Assembly: GCA_965153355.1 (NCBI GenBank) | Contig: OZ231126.1 | Span: 13,268,001 to 13,332,000 of the forward strand | DNA length: 64,000 bases | From: Flaccisagitta enflata | Lineage: Eukaryota | Reading direction: 5' to 3' | In this document: piece after piece, positions 31,667 to 46,617 of the stretch | How the letters are laid out: every line of letters starts with the position of its first letter | How positions within the stretch are numbered: the stretch's first letter is position 1 | The notes under the pieces: generated by a model | What the model was told of the DNA's origin: nothing | Seen by the model: the letters and a program-made list of their open reading frames with translations, nothing else | Databases searched by the model: none | Program-made: the position numbers and the translations under genes

Positions 31667-31773
31667 CTCCATATCCTCTTCATCCAAGCCTATCATCCTC
31701 GTCTCACCCTAACCAATTGAGGCTGTAATCCGAGCACGACATGACGTCATGGCTCGTCATGGACACCACGTAA

Positions 31774-32042
31774 GGGCGTGTTTCTAGTGAAGACCAAAAT
31801 CGCGTTTGTTCCCGACGAACGCGTTAACAGCGTGAACACATATTCAAGAATTTCAACTGTCCCACGAGGGAGTGAGCGAAGTGAGTGAGCGAGCCCGTGA
31901 ACGGAGCGAGCGAGCAAAGCGAGCGTAGCGAAGCGGAGCGCTGCGGAGCGAGTGAGCGGAGTGAGCGGTGCGAGCGAACGAACGTAGCGAGCGACCGAGT
32001 GGCCCTTTCAAAACGCGATCCTCTTTGACTAGAAACGCCCCC
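31774..32042. mobile_element. PIF/Harbinger-like MITE with a (GAGC)-rich core
   Basis: TAA|gggcgtgtttctagt ... actagaaacgccccc|TAA: imperfect TIR and 3-bp TAA TSD. Confidence 0.65.
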
Positions 32043-32526
32043 TAAGGGTACAACAGTGGAAGAGGATCAAGAACAAGAACAAGAACAAGAAGGTCTGTCA
32101 TGTTGGCTTCCGCGTCGATGCCGTAGTTCCGTTTAAAAACTGACTTGGACTACTGGATACCCGCGCGCCTCGTTTCATCCCCGCAATAATGTGAGTGTAC
32201 CATCGATGCACTTTGGGTGGGAAATTTGAAAAGTCATACGTTTATGCATTCATTGATTTCAATGATATTGTAAGTTTCAATTACCCCGACTTTGTATCTT
32301 GTAAAGCGACCATTTTCATTTTTGACGTAGGTTTAATGCGTTGCAGAAAGAGTGACAGGTTTGTGACACGCGATTAATCACTTTTTAGAAAGGCGTTATT
32401 TCTGATGAATTTGTCAATACAATCCGATCTGAGAAATAGAGCTTTACACTTTTCTGCTTCCAGCGCCATTACCTCAAACACACTAACCACAGATTGATTA
32501 AAGAAATTTGTTTATTCAGTCATTTT

Positions 32527-33180
32527 GGGCAGCTGCCCCGAAGCGGCCGATGACCTATGCTTTCACATAGGGAAAATTTTTCCTCCTTCTTCTCCTCCTT
32601 CTATGTCCTTCCCCCCCCCCCCCGCCATAAGACTCAAATCCCATTCTCAACGTTTAAATCTCAGTCTTGAGGCTCAAATCCCGGTCTTGAGGCTCAAATC
32701 CCAGTCTTGAGGCTCAAATCTCAGTCTTGATGCTTAAATCCCAGTCTTGAGGCTGAAATCCTAGTCTTGAGGCTGAAATCCCAGCCCCAAGGTCCTTACC
32801 CGAGCTGCAAGACTCAAATCCCAGTCTTGAGGCTCAAATCCCGGCCATGAGACTCTAACCCCAGTCTCAAATTCTTAAATCCCAGTCTTGATGCTCAAAT
32901 CCCAGTCTTGAGGCTCAAATCCCAGTCTCGAGGCTCAAATCCCAGTCATGAGGCTGAAATCCCAGCCCCAAGGACCTTATCCCAGCCACAAGGCTCAAAT
33001 CCCAGTCTTGAGACTCAAATCCTAGTCTTGATCCATTATTGCAATTTTGTTTGTTAGCCAGTCATATGTAGTCATTCAGTAAATCTTACTTTCATCATTT
33101 CAAAACAGCATAGGTCACCTCTCACCATCACACATCCACATACATTCAAATAAGGGCAACGGGTACCGCTGACCATCTAA
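32527..33180 (+). mobile_element. Family A element with a 21-bp (gaggctcaaatcccagtctt) array
   Basis: gggcagctgccccgaagcggccgatgacctatgctttcaca head and agggcaacgggtaccgctgacca tail. Confidence 0.7.
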
Positions 33181-33581
33181 CGAGAGATCTATTGAGAGAT
33201 AAAGATTAATAAAACCTTTCTTATTCTCATGCCATTAAACACACACAATCAATGATATTCGTCAATTCAATCCCATCTAGTAGCATTTAACATCCCGTCG
33301 TGCTTTAAACTCTCTCCCTACGCTCTGTTACAACATCCCCTTATAATCCGTATCCACTGATCACGTAATTATGCCATTAAAGTTTAACGATCGAGAGAGA
33401 GAGAGAAAGAGAAAGAGACAGAAAGAGAGAGAAAGGAGAGGAGAAGAGGACCCGGTTATAAATTGGGTTATACATTGGTAAATTTATGGGGAAATATTGT
33501 AAGACGCATAACGACCGACCGCAAATTTCTGTCACTTACGTGCGCATGCGTGTATACGACCAACTTTGTTGTAAGAAATGG

Positions 33582-33797
<216 letters not shown>

Positions 33798-34084
33798 ACA
33801 GCAAGACAGACAATAATCCAGACAGATTGAAAGTCAGACAGAATTGTATACTGTATACAGACAGACAGAGGGAGAGTTAAAGATGGCGACAGAGAGACAG
33901 TTAGAGGTGACAAAAAGGCAGTAGGAAAGACACACAAATAACAAGAGACAAAGAGGCAGACAGAAAATCAAAATGAAGAGAGATGAAATGACGTGAATGA
34001 CCACAGTAACGATGAAGGCAACAACAATTCTGAGTAATGGAGTCAAAAGCGAAAATCTTAATAAAGAATCTCAATAAAGCGATT

Positions 34085-34124
<40 letters not shown>

Positions 34125-34504
34125 GTTTCCCAGGCTCCAGTAACCAAAGAAACCGAAATCCTAAGACTTCCCCAACTGAAAGAGATTTTCATTAACCGCC
34201 GTTTCTATTTTTCATTAAGTCTACGTTGCTGGCTCTCAAAAATTGTCTCAGAAACTTTTACAATTTGCAAGGACGCAAAAATTGGACACGAAGAGACACA
34301 AAAAACGCATCTCTGGGCATCTTTCACGCATTGGCACCTATGAGAACGGTTTTTGTCCATCAACCTTAGATGAAATGACCCTTACAGTTTTGGTACGTCT
34401 GAAACCAACTTTTGCTATATATACAGACTCAAAGTTACGACCCACTGTTACCATAGAATCGATTTTCATGACCTTCGGATGAATATTTTTGTATCTGTCC
34501 GTGT

Positions 34505-34557
<53 letters not shown>

Positions 34558-34759
34558 TGTGAGTGCGTGCGTGCGTGCGTGCGTGCGTGCGTGTGTGTGT
34601 GTGTGTGTTTGAGTGACCCTGTATGTACGTGTGCGTTTGCCTATCTACTTCTCTGTTTCTGTCCTTTTATCTCTGTCTGTTAGTATGCCTATTTGTTCGT
34701 CAGTCAGTATCTTCATGTAAAACTTTCTCTCTGTCAGTCTCTGTCTCTCTCTCTGTCTC

Positions 34760-34818
<59 letters not shown>

Positions 34819-34841
34819 CTCGCTCTCGCTCTCGCTCTCTC

Positions 34842-34920
<79 letters not shown>

Positions 34921-35823
34921 CTTTTTTTCCTTTTGGTTTCAGCTTTCTTTTGTCGCTTCCGCACGTCGCCTTTGGCGCGTTGGTGAATAGATTCTTATGA
35001 TGGTCCGTCTCCTCTTTATCTCCTGCTTCTCTTCCTCCCCTTCCTCCTCTTCTTCCTCTTCTTCTTTGCCTTCTCCTCTTCCTCCTCCTCCACCACTTTC
35101 CTCCCCCTTCCCATTTTCCCCGTTTCCTCCCTCTCTTTATTTTCTCCCTTTCCTCCATTTCTTCTTCATCATCTCATTCTTCCACTTGTTCTTTAAGTAT
35201 CTCACTCCCTTCTCCACCTCCTCTTCATCTTTCTCTTCTCCTCCTCCTCCACCTCCTCCTCCTCCTCCTCTTCTTCTTCTGTAATCCTCATCATAGACCC
35301 CTTTTACTTCTCGTGCCTTGTCTTCCTCTTCACCTGAGGCCTACTGTATCCGGACATGTTGTCTGAGGTATCCTCATCTCATGTCTTGGAACTAGGGTTT
35401 GAACATTGAACAAGAGTTGCAATAACCAATGAGAGTACAGTCAGCCCAGTGCATTGACATTAAAACTGGAGTAGTATCAATACACTTCAGTAAATATTCA
35501 TCTTACTGGATTTACTAGAAGTATGCTCTTCATGGTTTATTTACATGTGTTTCACGTGCAAAAGTCTGTAAATCTGTTAAAGGCGGTATTCATGGCAGAC
35601 TAGTAAGAGAACTACCATAAGCATGAAATATATGAGACTATGATTCTCTTTTCTTCTTCTTCTTTCTTTCTTCTTCTTCTTCTTCTTCTTCTTCTTCTTC
35701 TTCTTCTTCTTCTTCTTCTCTTCCTTCTCTTTCTTCTTCTTCTTTTATCTTTTCTTCTCTTCTCTCTCTTCTTTCTCCTTCTTCTTCTCTTTCTTTCCTT
35801 CCCCTTTTTTCTTTCCTTCTTAT

Positions 35824-35855
<32 letters not shown>

Positions 35856-38281
35856 TTCTTCTTCTTCTTCTTCTTCTTCTTCTTCTTCTTCTTCTTCTTC
35901 CTCCTCTAGAACTCCTCATCCTTATCCCCTCTTCCTCCTCTTCATATCTTACTCATCTTTATCCTCCTCTTCATCTTCATCTTCATCTTCGTTTTCTCCC
36001 ATTCCATCGGACGCGTGAGTTCTTTTTTTTTCCCCTTTCTTTCTTTTCCCTCTCTCCGTCATTCTCCTCTTTGATATCATCAACTTCATCTTCATCACGG
36101 TTGTTATCAGGTTGATCGTCTTCATCGTCGCCATCGTCGTCGTCGTCGTCCTCATCATTGGTCGTATTCCATGCGCACTTACGTCACCATCGCTTACAGA
36201 CATCGACAAGTCTATCTAGTGACATCCACCCAAAGCTCCTCATGTGCCTATCTTGCGCCTATCTCTCTGTCTTGGACTGTTGAGGGTCTCAATATATTTG
36301 CGTAAATGGAAAGAACGTGTAGTACGGTACATTGTTACAATATCGAGGGAAGGCACCGGGGAAGGGTTAAATGGGCGACAATACGCGTTTTTACATTCTT
36401 TGAATCCCGCGTTTCGGACCTACAGACAGACTGATGGACCAACGGATAGACGAACGGAAAAGGCATCTTATAGAGTCTTGAGTCCGCGTCCAAAAACATG
36501 GCCAAGTCAACAGTGATGCTTGAATGAATTGCATTCGCTCCAATTACTGAATTAGCAGGTATAATTTTTGAATAACATGGGAAATTTACCAGAAGTTAAA
36601 AACATATGAAATCCCTTCTAAATAACATGGAAAATTGATAGAATTATGAAATAATTGCAGAATTCAGATATGTTAGCATGGAAAATTGAAAAAATATTGA
36701 AAAAATGCAATGTTCTCATTGAATAGGCTGTTTCTATAATCTCCTTTTTGAAATATGGCCATATAGGTCAATTTCAAAATAAAGAAAATTTGACAAAAAC
36801 ATTCATAATCAGATAGCTTATGTCAATATGAACATGGTTCAAAAACTGAATTTTGTTACTGATCCTTGATTTTCACGTAAATTAGGCTAAAATGCAACAA
36901 ATAATGATCAAAAATAAGCAAAAATTGAGTTGTTAAAGTCAGCAAAACTAAAAAAAAATGGGAATATTTTACTAAATCACAGTTCAAGAATTCAATCAGA
37001 CCTACTTCTGCTGAAAAAAATTGAGATTTCAATTTTTTTTTGAAAATTCTCTATAAGCAGCTTTTTTGGCTGGTTGGGTCAGTTGGCAAAAATTCACTGA
37101 ATCTTTTGGCAACGGTTAATTTAAGTAGGCATTCTCTGAAAGAACCACTGTGCAAAATTTCAGCCAAATTGGACAAATATTTTAGAAGTTATGCCATTTT
37201 TTAAAAATTTTGGGTGGTAGGCTGGTTGGGCCGGTTGGGTTGGTTAGATGTGTCCCAGATGCACCAAATGCTCTGTTCGTAATAGTTCCAGTACAGTATT
37301 GATCCATGCAAAAAATCTTTCGTCTCTCTCAAAGGGTTTCCAAGATATGGGCATTTCATGATTTTTTTGGTTTACTATTTTGCTGTAAGTTCATACATGC
37401 GCCGATAACAAAGAATTAACTACGAAGATTCATCTTGAAGGGTGATTATTCTGCAACAATTTACTGACCAATCACATTGAAAATTTCATTATGGCTGAAT
37501 GCCTGGGAGTTAAGACCTGAAATTTTCAGTGTAAATACAAAATTTCATGCTCTTTCTCATCGTGTTATCCAAATTTCCATCATCAGTTTCACAATGGCGT
37601 GACAGTGACAGACTTAAAGCGTGACATGAGCGTGACAGAAGAGCTGGGGGGGTGTGCGGAATAATCACGCTTGAAGAAAAGTGTCATTATGGGGGATTGG
37701 GGTGTCACAGTGGCATGAAATTTGGAGCGTATGTCCTTCAAGTAGTCCTCTATTAGGTAGAAACCTGAAAAGTGATTAACTTTGAGAATTTATAGAGTTT
37801 TAGAAAAAGATAATAGGCATACTGAGATTTTGCCATGAAATAGCAAAAAAATTGGTAGGATCAAAATTTGATGATAATACAATTTTTGAACAACTTAGCA
37901 TTTGCGCAGTAGGATGAAATTTTTTGTACATCACATCGGATTGATGATAACTGATTAAAAGCTGAGAAATGATCAGATAATCTATTTTTTGATAGGTTTT
38001 GCTTGTTATTTGCTTGTCCGGACAAAATCCGGACATGCCAATGTGGCCAATTTGACCTAATTTTTAGGCCCCCTAGGGGTAGGGGTAGTCACAAAAAATG
38101 GTTTGGCAAGGTAATCCGGGTAGTTAGGGAGGTCATCCAACTATAGAAACTTGTCACAATGCAATAGACATTGCGGTAACACTGTTAATGTGGTGGTGAG
38201 TCGGGTTCTCGCGTCGAAAAGAGATTGTGACATTAGCCAATAACATGGAAAATAGCCCCAAAGTCCAAAGGCCATCTCATA

Positions 38282-38421
38282 ACGTCTGGAAATTCACCCC
38301 TGTGCCCTACAGGACATCGGCCCTTTGGGGCCGCTGCCCTGCTCTCACCCCACTTCTTCAGCTGATCACTCCAAGCAGGGCATCGGGTACCGCTGACCAT
38401 GTGCGATCCTTGGATGACTAG
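38282..38421 (+). mobile_element. Family A 3' fragment
   Basis: Matches 1866-2012 (acgtctggaaattcacccctgtg...ggggccgctgccc...ttggatgactag). Confidence 0.75.
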
Positions 38422-39089
38422 TTCTTCTTTCCTACCGAGTAACATATCTTTTCCGTTGAGATCTTCCGATTTTTCTATCAAATTCCCTTCAAATTGGCTG
38501 GTTACCGTGAAAGCATAAGTTCGCCATCAACGTCTAGCAGAGGCGTGTAACGTCCTTCAACATCTCAAAATCTATGTGCGGATTGATGATTTGCATATTG
38601 CAGAAACAACATTTTTTTGCTGCATTTTAAACAACCTAATCTTATCTTGGATTTATCAACACGCAACTCTATTATGTGTTGTATCTTTAAGTTCCCCGAT
38701 GAAAATCTTTGTTATTTTAGATTGTTTTGACGGCGTCATGTTGATGAATGTTGATGAAGATTCTTCTGAAGTCTCATCCTCAAAGTTAGGTATTAGACAC
38801 TCGTCTCCAATTGTGACTTTGGGAAAAATCATTTCGATAGTATGCACCTTCCGGATTACCTTCTGGGGGCATTTTTAAATGGCGGGGGCCTAACCCGTCA
38901 GGAAACTACTAGCGCTTGCTTAGGTTGAAAGGTCGGAACCCTGAACCATTTTAGGCGGAAGGAAAAAAAGACGGTGTCCGAGTTAATTGGGGGGACGAAC
39001 ATGCTATGTTAAAAGAAAAGCGATTTCCATTTTCTATCTGTCTACCCATCTGCCCCTCTCCCCTTCCCGATGCCTCCTAACAAGTCCCT

Positions 39090-39465
39090 CTGACCCTAAA
39101 TCAGGCCCTCCAGACTTGAAATCAGGCCTCTCAGACCTCAAATTATGTCTCTCAGTTCCAAAATCAGGCCTCAGACCCTAAATTAGATATCTCTGACCTC
39201 AAATCACGCCTTCCAGACCCTAAATTAGGCCTCTCAGATTTTTCTCAAGCTTTTCAGACTCCAAATCAGGCCTCTCAAATCTTAGATAATACGTTTCAGA
39301 CTCCAAATCAATTTAGACTCCTGAACAGGCCTCCCCAGTCTAAAATCAGGAATCTAAGACTTCCAATCAAGCCTATCAGTCTCTACATTAGATTTTTACT
39401 TCCCTTCATTTTCCCAATTTTGTTCCTTTTTGGGCAGCGGCCTCAAAGGGCCGATGTCCTGTAGC
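39090..39465. mobile_element. Degenerate family A minisatellite and head
   Basis: aaatcaggcctctcagac-type 21-bp units, then gggcagcggcctcaaagggccgatgtcc at about 39432. Confidence 0.55.
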
Positions 39466-40888
39466 ACTGTCAGCACTGAAATGAAAAGCTGTCAAGCAAA
39501 ATAAGGATTTTTACTTGCAAATGGCATAGAAGCTAAACTATTTGACTATAGGTGCTGAAATTTTGCATGAAATAACCGCAGGTAAAATACTATCAGATGG
39601 AACAAATCCGAATGAACAGATGTGAATAGTTTTCATACATTTGCTGGTTGTTTTGTTTTCAAAACATTTGCTGGTTGCAGTTGCTTCAGGGTATGTTTTC
39701 TTAGGGACTGAACATAATTCGTATAGTTGGCCCGCCTTTTACCAAAATGAGCCTGGTTCTCTCACATTCCTTGCTAACACCCTCCCCCTCCCCCACTCCA
39801 ATCTACCTTTCCTTCTTTCTCGATCTCCTCTTCCACCACTCCGACAAACTCTACTTCCCCCGCAGTCTCCCACCCATCACACCCTTCTTTCAGAAAACCC
39901 TTCACCAATCCCCACACAAAACGACTAAATATTTCCGTTCATTTGCCTTTTCCAGCCTTTGCTCCTCTTCCTCTTCACCCTCTAATTTACAGTCATGTGT
40001 CCCTTGCTCTTCTTTTTTTCCCTCCCTTCTCTCTCTTCCTCTTCCGCTTCCTCCTCATCACTCCTATCAATTTCCATTTTGCTCTTCCTTATCGTAGAAT
40101 CCTTTACAGAGATTCCCTTCCGTTTACGCGTTTCTCTCCCCCTCCTCTTCTTTCACTTCTTCTTCTTCCTCTTCTTCTTCCTCCTCTTTCTCCTCCTCCT
40201 CTTCCTCCTTTTCCTCTGCCTCCTCCTCCGCTCTTCCCATTTCCCGACATTTTTTTTTGCCTTTTAGCAATCTCGAATTTTCCCCCGTTTGTGAATCTTT
40301 ACCGCTTTGAGAAGGCACCAACACAAAGTTCACAAATGAACAGAGAATCAACTAAAAAAACAAACAATAGAGATCTTACATTAACAAAAAACAACATTTT
40401 AATAACACTTCAAAATCATCCAAAATTTTGAAATATATTTTAAAACACAACGCAATAAACCTTTTTTTGATTCCTCAATTCACCTGTTTCTCCATAAAGA
40501 AACCATTTCGAATCAAAGGTTAGTTTTTTTTTCGTCGTATCTGTCTCTCTCTCGCACACCCAAGGAATCATGAATCAACATCGTGATTAACTAACTTAGT
40601 CTTCCGCTCATTTATTCTCACCAGCTAACGGATTTTCTGAGGCACTGGCGCACTTTGGACCTGGAAGAAAGTGCAAGGATTAAGTCAAATCATTGAGTCG
40701 TTTCAGCGGTTTCTCTTCATTCACATTTTGTCGGTAATCTTAAGCGTCATGCTTTAGGAAAATTATAATAAAGATGAATGAAAAAACTCTCGCCTGGCAA
40801 ACGATAATGAAATTATAAACGCCTAAACGGTGTTCAACCACAACATCTTTTTTCTTCTTTCTCCTTGCTTATCGGATTTGATTCTTAA

Positions 40889-43082
40889 ATGAAAAACGAT
40901 AACAATAAAAAACAACGACAACAACATCAAAAGATGGAGTCTTCTTCTTCGCGTTCAACATCAACGGCAAATTCCGGCGCCATTTCGGGCGTCACTTCCG
41001 GCCCCACTTCCGGTTCCGGTCTCCGGCGTCCGGCGCCTTCGCCGCTGCCGACTTTCGCCGCTCAAAAATCAGCCAAAATCGCCGCCGGAAATACATCAAC
41101 GTCAACATCAACGTCAACATCAACGTCGACGTCAAAATCGACGTCGTCAATTCGGAACAACAAATCAGCGTCGACATCCCCCGAGTCGAAATCGCGAAGG
41201 ACTCCGCCGCCGACGAAAATGATGCCGACGCAGATGCCGACGCCGACGACGCCGCCGACGCCGACACAAGTCGACGCCGTTTCGCCTCCGATGCCAGAGT
41301 CGCCGAGATCATCTCCTTCTCCTCCTCCTCTTCCGCCTTCATCCTCGTCTGGAAATTACTCGTCCAAGCCGACAACGACTGTTTCCTCTCTTTCTTCTTC
41401 TTCTTCTTCTTCATCGATGACAAGTTCCACTCTTTCCTCGGCATCATCCTCATCTTCCACGACTCCCCTCGCCGCCAAATCCTCACCTCTTTCCTCCACT
41501 TCCTTCGGCATTTCCGGTCACCCTAAAAGGCGTCTTTCACACGCCACTGTCATGTCGGCGCCGATCGCGTCCCGACCGAGAACAATCTCGCCAACTAACT
41601 TTGGCGGCGCCACCCCTGGCGCCAACGGAGCCGGCTATCCCATCAACAAACAAACCAACAGATACAATAATAATCACAACAATGTTCACGATAGTAAAAA
41701 CAGTAACGACGTTGTGGGAAATAACGCGGTGAATCATAACAACAATAACAACGCCGCTGATATTGACAGTGAGAATTATCATTCTCCATCGACGTCACCG
41801 AGAAACTCTGCCGCCTCCTCTCCTCTTCCCTCTCCTCATCCTCCGCCTCGTCCTTATCTTCCACGCGCCCCAAACGCTTCGTCAACTGCATCTTTGCAAT
41901 CGGCGCCTTTGATTTTGTCACCGGGATCGCCTCCCGCTCCATCTTCGCTTCCTCCACCTCCTCCTCTTTCCACAACGCCTCCCACCTTCAACAACGCCGT
42001 CGACAACGACGATGATGACGACGACGACGCTGATGTGGATCCTTGTTCATCTCCCGTGTCGTCTTCAGCGGGCCTTTCTCCCGGAGGCAACTCTGCTTCT
42101 TCTTCTTCCGCACATCTTCTTCCACCTCCCCCTCCTCCTCCTTCCGCCTCTTCCTCCTCTATGCACGCTCCACATCCGATTCATCCACTCCACGTTCCAC
42201 ATCCTCTTCAACATCATCTTTCCCAACATCCTCATAGGACCGCATCTCAACATCCTCTTCATCCACTACCGACACATCCGCATCACCACCATCATCCACA
42301 TCACTCGGCGGCCGCTGCGGCCGCAGCCGCCGCGATGCTCATGAACGGCGGGGCGTTGCATTCGAAGCATCCCTTGACGACCTCCGCCGCATCTCTGTCT
42401 GTATCTGCCTCCAGCGCCTCGTCGACTTTGAGTCTAAAGGCGTCGGCGTTTTCCATCGATTCTCTCATCGCCTCCAAGTCATCTGCGGTTGCCGCAGCCG
42501 CAGCTGCCGCGGCGGCGCTACGTGATCCTCCGCCGGCGCATTCGTCGCCGCAGCCGCCTCATCCCGGCGCCATTTCCGGTGCCTCGGCCCTGCCAGGCGC
42601 TCATTACTCTCTTCACCATCCTGCTCCTCCTCCTCCTCATCATCCTCATTCTCATCATTCTCTCTCCTCGTCTTCATCCTCCTCCACTGGTATGAGATCC
42701 CCGCCTTTGCCTCATCAGCCTTCGTCTCACGGACTTCCACCGTCTACGTCCGCCTCCTCCTCCTCATCTTCCTCTTCCTCCTCTTCCTCTTCTCCACGTG
42801 GGCGATCACCACTCCCCCCTCCATCGTTGACGCACGTTTTGTCTTCCTCCGCTTCTACTTCTTCGACGTCTCCTAGATCGCGCTCGCCGCTTCGGCCGCT
42901 CGCACATCCGCTCGCAATCCCGCCGCACGCGCAACATCAGCATCAACAACAACTACAACATCATCATCAACAACAACAACAACAACAACATCACTTTGCG
43001 GCGACGGCGGCGGGAAAAAGCGGACGTCGTGGCGTCGGAAGTTTGGACGATGTTGACGACGATCACGCCATGGGGCCGCTGG
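40889..43082 (+). CDS. Tbx20: Tbx20/H15/midline-like T-box transcription factor, predicted coding exon 1 (Ser/Pro/His/Ala/Gln-rich N-terminus with eh1 motif)
   Basis: 2.2-kb open frame. It contains LSLKASAFSIDSLIA (eh1 FSIxxLI at 42449-42469), resembling the eh1 context of Tbx15/18/20. It ends at donor G|GTAAGG (GT 43083-43084, phase 1), which joins in frame to exon 2. The start codon is uncertain (40889, 40934 or a later Met). Confidence 0.8.
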
Positions 43083-43554
43083 GTAAGGGACAAGGATATA
43101 TCATTTATTTTTCTTGTTGGTCGCTCTTGGGTATTTAGAGCGGTACCATATGCAATAATTCATGATCATTTCTATAAAATGCTAAAATACTAATCAAAAC
43201 AAACCTGTGTCAAATGTTACATGTCTAACGGCAGTAAAGCTTATTCCAAATGATCTAAAGCAATCTGCGGTGTTTAGAAAGGTATTTACTATTTAGAGGT
43301 ATGTGGCTATGAGAAATTCCAGTGATCATTTTGTAGGCCTACTTTAGAACCAGAAGTCGCCGTGATGACTTAAAAATGCCGAGATTTGGGTGCATTCGTC
43401 TGCAATGCCCTATGACTGTATCATACCTACACCCGCTCGCATTCAACGATCTGCTTTGCTGGGGAAAAACATCAAGTACCCATTAGTCAATTACCACACC
43501 GATCTTTGAGATTGTAAGAAAGAGACGTTACACAGGAAGAAGCTTTCATTCTGG

Positions 43555-43716
43555 AACAAGGCCGGATACACGGCCATACCAGTTGCGGACGGGTGGGCAG
43601 GGGCGGAATTGCGCGTTTTCACACTTTTCGACTCGTGCTCACCGACGGACGGACGGACGGACGGACGGACCGACGGACGGACAAAGGCTCTTATAGAGAT
43701 GCGTGTCCGCAACTTA
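43555..43716 (-). mobile_element. Family B HINE-like element in Tbx20 intron 1
   Basis: aacaaggccggatacacggc...agttgcggac...(ggac)n...gcgtgtccgcaactt. Confidence 0.75.
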
Positions 43717-44542
43717 AAATAAAAACACTTCGATCGGTTTCTTGAAATGAACAACTAAGTCATAATTTACATCCCTATCTCGAGTCACGACAGAATTTAT
43801 GGCGACCATTATATACATGACAAAGTTTTTACAAGCAAAAGCGCCGAACCTTAGCATGTAATCAAATATGTCATATGTCTGTTGCCAATGAGGAGGTGCA
43901 TGTCTGCATGACTGGTTTGATCTTGGCGGTTTTTTTCTCTTTATGAGTTCGTTAAAAAAGGAGCAGAATAGACTCAATCCACTTCTGCGTTTCTCGAGAA
44001 TCGCACGTTTTTGTCATTACAATTGTCGTAATCAAATTGGCAAGATTTTTTTTCCTTGTTTATGACTTGTTTTGGTCGGCCTGTTGATCTGTCTGAAATT
44101 CCGTATTATTACATACTCATGATATGAGTTGGACATCACTACATCATCAAAGTGTATGGGCCAGAACTTTAGAAATTTAATGCCTTAACTTTCGTTCTCT
44201 TCCGAGAGAAAAAAAAATACTCATTTGAAGGTCAATAAAATTTCTAATTATCTTTGAATTGTTTGATAGAAGTGATGAAGATAACGATCGAGTTCCCAAG
44301 ACCACCGTATAGTAATGACGTAATTATCAATGTTTTTACCTCCTTTTTAACGGGTTACTTTGAGCTCATAATCGACATTTTTTTAACTATGTGTAACCCC
44401 ATCACTTAAAGAGGGCCAGACCGTCAATCCGTCAAATTGGACGAAAGAAGTTCTCTCAACAAGATTTTCCCGGCCGCCCTTTCAATGTTGCCCAAAATAT
44501 TGCAACAAGGTCACATTCTCAACATTATCAACAACAAAAAGA

Positions 44543-44815
<273 letters not shown>

Positions 44816-45026
44816 ATAACATCATTTAACGCGGAAGTTACCCCTCAAAAATAGAGAACAGAATTTGATGTAAAAATCATTAATACGATGTTTAATTCAT
44901 TAATAACTTCTGCATCGCCAAAAACTGACGCGATCAACAATTTAGTTGGTCACTTTTCTTCCAAACAACACGCATCAACAATTCTGACCATCATTTGTCT
45001 CAAATAAATCTAAATGACAACAACAG

Positions 45027-45132
<106 letters not shown>

Positions 45133-45259
45133 GACAGAGACAGAGAGAGAGAGAGAGTCAGAGAACGCATAAATAGACAGATATCTTAAGTCTGCTATCA
45201 AAAATCGAGAAGGGAATCAAGTAACAAGACAGCAGACGTGGAAGAGGAAGCGGAAGATT

Positions 45260-45290
<31 letters not shown>

Positions 45291-46227
45291 CGAAGACAGG
45301 GGAATAGGATTTCGTCAGTCCGGGTTTTTGACAAATTAAGATGATTTCAGCGCTTGCATTGACTACCTGTCAACCCCTTTTCATTTATTACAACCTACCG
45401 GAGGCCAGGAGACGGAAAGGAAGGTGGATGAGGTAGGAGAAAGGAGTCCGAGTGGTTGATGTGGATATAGAGGAGAGAGTGATAGTGGTTGATGTGGTTG
45501 GAAAGGAGAAAGGGGTTGGTGGTAGTTCGGGAGGAGGAGGAGGGATTTTTAAGGGTAAACAAGGGAGTGGGGAGGGCGAGGAAATCGTGGAAAAGAGGAG
45601 CATCTTGAAGAATTTCAACCAGACACAGTTGAACTCCACTATAACGGATCCGGTTACTATGGAGCTTCGCCTACAACAAATGTTAATTCTTGGAACATTA
45701 TTTCATTTTAATTGAAATTCATTAGTCCGTTGCAATCCGTTTGAGCGGGTTTTAACCGTTTCTCTTCAAATCTAAAATCTTCAATTGAATTGATAGAAAA
45801 GCTCACTCATCTTTTCACAGGAGTCCTACATATCAAGATTTTTTTTTCTCTCAAAGGAATAAGAAATAAACACCTGGATCTTAAAGATTTAATGTGCCTG
45901 TGTATGTAATGTCTTTCCGGTGTTTGATGTCATTTGCATAGGATTTTTTATGGCGTTTTTTATGTGTTTTTTTTTTATTCAAAAAAAGAGGCATTGATCC
46001 TTTTTTTTTCTAGTGAATGATAATTCCAACACCTCGTCCTCTCTTTCATCTTAGATACTTTAAGATAGAGTGAGTTGCCTGATTGAATCAAAAACTTTGG
46101 TCAGACGGACAGACAAAACAATCTTTGAGGGAATGCGAGATCGTACTGAAACAGTGTTTTATGTAACAGTTTCTCGGTCCCCTTTTTACTTTTTTGTCAT
46201 TTTTAAGCTCAGCTCCTTCCCAAATGT

Positions 46228-46405
46228 CATTATAAGTCATTCTAAGTCATTTTAAGTCATTTTAAGTCATTCTAAGTCCTTCTAAGTCATTCTGAGTCCT
46301 TCTAGGTCATTTTAAGTCATATTAAGTTATATTAAGTCACTAAAGTCAGTAAGGTCAATATGGTCATTAAAGTCATTTTACTAAGTCATTTTAAGTCATT
46401 TCAGG
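46228..46405. repeat. 10-bp tandem repeat (aagtcatt(t/c)t), reverse complement of the core at about 5920-6130
   Basis: Directly visible. Confidence 0.8.
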
Positions 46406-46560
46406 TCACCTTGAGTAATTGTTGGCTTTGTTTATTGTTACTTTACTATTTAAGTATTCGGTTTTTCTACCACTCTATCTTTCCAATTCTGCCTCTCTAT
46501 CTATCTTATCCTTTAATTCTACCTGTCTCTCAACCATTTGCAGCTTCATTTTTCCATTTC

Positions 46561-46617
<57 letters not shown>

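Noticed and set aside
36511-38184. Single large DNA transposon (cagtg...cactg ends)
   Set aside because: The sequence looks TE-like but the terminal match is very short and no TSD is found, so the boundaries are unsupported.
43083-43138. C-terminal tail of the 749-aa ORF (KGQGYIIYFSCWSLLGI)
   Set aside because: It is read-through into intron 1 past the GTAAGG donor, where composition switches to AT-rich.
45626-45758. Old Tigger-like MITE (cagttgaactcc...ggttttaaccg)
   Set aside because: The IR is too degenerate and there is no TA TSD.
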